From contig NZ_CP034549.1 of NCBI RefSeq assembly GCF_003966335.1, forward strand, positions 1,560,001 through 1,592,000: 32,000 nucleotides of DNA. The letters are read 5' to 3'. This DNA comes from Nonlabens ponticola (GTDB lineage Bacteria; Bacteroidota; Bacteroidia; Flavobacteriales; Flavobacteriaceae). Each line of letters begins with the position of its first letter. Position 1 is the first letter of the stretch. A program made the position numbers and the translations under genes. The notes under the pieces are model-generated. The model searched no databases and was not told where the DNA came from. It was given only the letters and a program-made list of their open reading frames with translations. Shown here in pieces: positions 29,381 to 32,000 of this stretch.

Positions 29381-32000
29381 CTAGTACCAGCGTCTCTTGA
29401 ATAATTTGATAAATAAGCCTAATTCCAGCGTAACGATAAAGCGTATTTTCTGGTCATAGTTTTCCTGCGCTATTTCCCAGCCATTATTACTGTAAACGGG
29501 AAAATATAATTCAAAGAAATCCTGTAACAAATTGAGTCTTATACCACTATCATAAACAAATTGCGGGTTCTCAAATTTGTTCTTTACAAAACCTACATCA
29601 CCGTATGCAAAAATGTATTTCCAGATGCTGTAAGAAGCATTTGCCGTGGTAATCCATTCGTTGGCAAATGCAGGTTCTAATTGAGATTTAAAACCACCTT
29701 CTGCAACGATGTATTGTTGTGAGAATAAACCGCTATCCTCTGATCTACCGTAGTAATCATAGTCAAACAGATAATCTGTAGGTCGATCTAGTGCAAAAGA
29801 GAAGAAGTCATTATCACCAGTGTCATTATAAATAAAGCTGCCGGCATATAACCTCAAATTGAGCTGACGCTGGTCTTTAAAAAGTTTTCTCCATTCAATA
29901 CGACCTGTCACTTTACCGAATTGTGCTGAGATTTCAGTACCTACATTGTACGAAAAGAAGCGCTTCAAATTAGGATCAGAATGATTCCAATTCAATGCAA
30001 ACACATTGTAATCTGGATCTTCAACAGGACTGGCTGGATCGCGATCCCTATTTACCCAAATGTTACGTATAGTCAATGATTGTCTCATGTTACTACGCAA
30101 ATCCTCTGGTCTGAACGCGAGATTCATAAAACCAGAAACACGCCTATACATCAAGTCATCCTCGTATGAAAAGGTATTGGCGCCAGCACCATATCTCACC
30201 TGGAATAATCGCTGGTCACGATCCTCTATGGGGTGCGCATAACTCAAACCAATAGAGCCCACAAGTTTGTTGGACCCAAAGCCATAAGTGGGTTTAATAC
30301 TGTATCTAAAGGGCTTACTCAATAGATTACCGTTGTAAAAACGAGGTCCAATCGTCAATCCATCATAAAGATTGTACCCGACGTCTGGCATCACAAAAAC
30401 CTCGGTTCTTGTCGGGTCTTCCACATCTTTGAACAGTTTTACACTTAGCGGTCTACTTAATGACGGCAAGCCTTTTAACGTGCGGTAGTTGTCACGCTGT
30501 GAGAATTCAGGTAGTAATTTTTCATAGTTAACGGCTACGCGGTTTGCAAGCTTTCGCGAAAGCGTAACAGTTGTATCGCCTATAAAACCAGGTATATACT
30601 TTTTGCTCACGATTGAATCATTGAACAAGCTGTAAACGGAAACAGGAATTACTCGATCAGATTTATTCTTGATCACAATATCCACCGAGTCCGTTGACTT
30701 TTTGACGCGTTTGATCTTCCAGTCCATGCGCTGGTGCTGGGTGATATAATCATCAAAAAACCAGGCAGTAGGCTGCTGGCTAGATTGTTCCAGCAATTCT
30801 TGAAAATCATGCCCGTCAACAATACGGTTGTTACTAAGTTGGTACAGCTGTTTGATGGCTTGCTCAACATTGTCATTGTCTAGGTAATCGTCCAGATACT
30901 GTAGCCCAACGGCTGCTTTGTAGGGTATTCCCAACTCTTGATTATACTTGACCAGCTCATCGGATGGCGTGGTAATCGCCTGATCTAGGTTAAGTCTAGA
31001 TGTATTGAGATAGAGTAGTGGATATTGCTCGTTGAATTTGAGTTTGGCAGCATTGAAACTGCGCAGCCCAAAGAAATCACTAAATTTACCTGCAAGCTTC
31101 AGGTCAGGATAGTGAATTTCCTGATAATCCATTATGATACTCACGATAATCGCTTGTTGCAACCAGAAATTTTCTCTAGGATTAGTGCGCACTCCAGTCT
31201 CGACCCATTTACGAGTCAAGGTCTTAAGCATGCGTATCTCATAGCTAAAACCATCAGGAAACGGATTAATAAAATCTGGCAAACTGCTTAAACCATAAAC
31301 AGGACTCTCACGATAATAACGGTCAGACAATAGTAGCTGGTCATGTTTATAGTCACCTAATCGTTCACCCAGATAAGCGGTGATCTTTTCATTGATCTTA
31401 AGCTTTTCATCAAAATTGAGATCCTTTTCTTGGATATCGCTTACAATGGTCGCCTGTGGTGTTGGGTAATAAGTAAATTTTCCTGGACGCTTATCTAGAT
31501 GAAGCAAAATTTCTTGAAATCCTTCACCTTCAAATAGGTAGCTGTTCTTATTCTTACCGGGTGCGACAGTTATTGTGGTAATGTTACTTGTTGCATTGAG
31601 CGCTGACGGTATATGCAATGATACCTTGACATCTAGTGGCGCTCCATAAAAGTCGTCCAGATCCTTATGTGAGAAGTAGTCCCATTTGCCATCCTTGAAT
31701 ACCGCTGGATGCAAGTACCAGTATCTCAAATCATAATTACCGCTACTTGTTACTCCATAACTTGTAAAATCATTTTCAGGAATCTTTACCTCATAGTTCA
31801 ATCGAAATTCTTGACTTGATCCTGGTAATAGTGGATTATCTAAATCAATTTTAAGGATGTCTGGCTGATTCTCGACCCGTGAAAAGTTGTAACGCGCTGC
31901 AGTAGCAGAATCGATTCTAGTATAACCACGATCTCTATCACTTGAGAATTCAAAGTTGTTTTTAAAATCTTGAGCAAACCTAGCAGCCAGCGGCGTTTGT
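29381..32000 (-). CDS. Large M1-aminopeptidase-like protein with degenerate zinc site and beta-barrel-like C-terminus (5' end beyond the window)
   Basis: The ORF-track start at 31801 is a TTG inside an open frame. My hand translation of 31802-32000 stays open (...RFAQDFKNNFEFSSDRDRGYTRIDSATAARYNFSRVENQPDILKIDLDNPLLPGSSQEFRL-NYEVKIPE...). The N-part follows the M1 N-domain pattern, but the HEXXH...E positions read KTLTR...WLQQ. The C-terminal ~350 aa are rich in alternating aromatic/polar strands and end in ...KRRWY. Confidence 0.5.
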   Translation of the reverse strand, partial: QTPLAARFAQDFKNNFEFSSDRDRGYTRIDSATAARYNFSRVENQPDILKIDLDNPLLPGSSQEFRLNYEVKIPENDFTSYGVTSSGNYDLRYWYLHPAVFKDGKWDYFSHKDLDDFYGAPLDVKVSLHIPSALNATSNITTITVAPGKNKNSYLFEGEGFQEILLHLDKRPGKFTYYPTPQATIVSDIQEKDLNFDEKLKINEKITAYLGERLGDYKHDQLLLSDRYYRESPVYGLSSLPDFINPFPDGFSYEIRMLKTLTRKWVETGVRTNPRENFWLQQAIIVSIIMDYQEIHYPDLKLAGKFSDFFGLRSFNAAKLKFNEQYPLLYLNTSRLNLDQAITTPSDELVKYNQELGIPYKAAVGLQYLDDYLDNDNVEQAIKQLYQLSNNRIVDGHDFQELLEQSSQQPTAWFFDDYITQHQRMDWKIKRVKKSTDSVDIVIKNKSDRVIPVSVYSLFNDSIVSKKYIPGFIGDTTVTLSRKLANRVAVNYEKLLPEFSQRDNYRTLKGLPSLSRPLSVKLFKDVEDPTRTEVFVMPDVGYNLYDGLTIGPRFYNGNLLSKPFRYSIKPTYGFGSNKLVGSIGLSYAHPIEDRDQRLFQVRYGAGANTFSYEDDLMYRRVSGFMNLAFRPEDLRSNMRQSLTIRNIWVNRDRDPASPVEDPDYNVFALNWNHSDPNLKRFFSYNVGTEISAQFGKVTGRIEWRKLFKDQRQLNLRLYAGSFIYNDTGDNDFFSFALDRPTDYLFDYDYYGRSEDSGLFSQQYIVAEGGFKSQLEPAFANEWITTANASYSIWKYIFAYGDVGFVKNKFENPQFVYDSGIRLNLLQDFFELYFPVYSNNGWEIAQENYDQKIRFIVTLELGLFIKLFKRRWY
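30550..30563. repeat. Iterated palindrome GCTTTCGCGAAAGC, copy 8
   Basis: Exact 14/14 match with flanks a...g. It is read in the third frame, as (T)LSRKL(A), in the M1-like protein. Confidence 0.95.

Noticed and set aside
30036-30047. 12-nt perfect palindrome GGATCGCGATCC, sharing the TCGCGA core
   Set aside because: It is a single occurrence with arms different from the iterated element, so there is no evidence of iteration.

Overview
This window reads as core chromosome of a Flavobacteriia-type (Bacteroidota) bacterium. The evidence is TAnnTTTG-type promoter boxes 5-25 nt upstream of start codons, no Shine-Dalgarno sequences, the bamD-rpoZ-coaBC-DUF4835-recN gene order, and roughly 40% GC by eye. 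It starts at the dnaA locus and holds about 30 tightly packed housekeeping CDSs: dnaA, ribD, prmC, ligA, dapA, bamD, rpoZ, coaBC, recN, fabI, coaE, miaA, a two-component pair, a split 5'-nucleotidase, a fused 2-oxoacid dehydrogenase E1, a Kv-like K+ channel and a large M1-peptidase-like protein. I found no rRNA or tRNA genes, CRISPR arrays, IS elements, integrases, or any recognisable defence or accessory island. The one signal ordinary annotation does not explain is a perfect 14-nt palindrome, GCTTTCGCGAAAGC. It occurs 8 times, always inside a different unrelated gene, in three reading frames, at fairly even spacing of about 4 kb, and always with a C on exactly one flank. It behaves like a DNA-level highly iterated palindrome, an uptake-signal-like sequence or a binding site, not like a protein motif or a mobile element. 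Secondary observations are a catalytically degenerate M1-peptidase-like protein with a beta-barrel-like tail, an orphan fused E1 with an altered TPP/Mg motif translationally coupled to a Kv-like channel and miaA, a ligA linker insertion that ends in the palindrome, and a split UshA-like nucleotidase with inverted domain order. All calls rest on reading the sequence and recalling family motifs; no searches were run.
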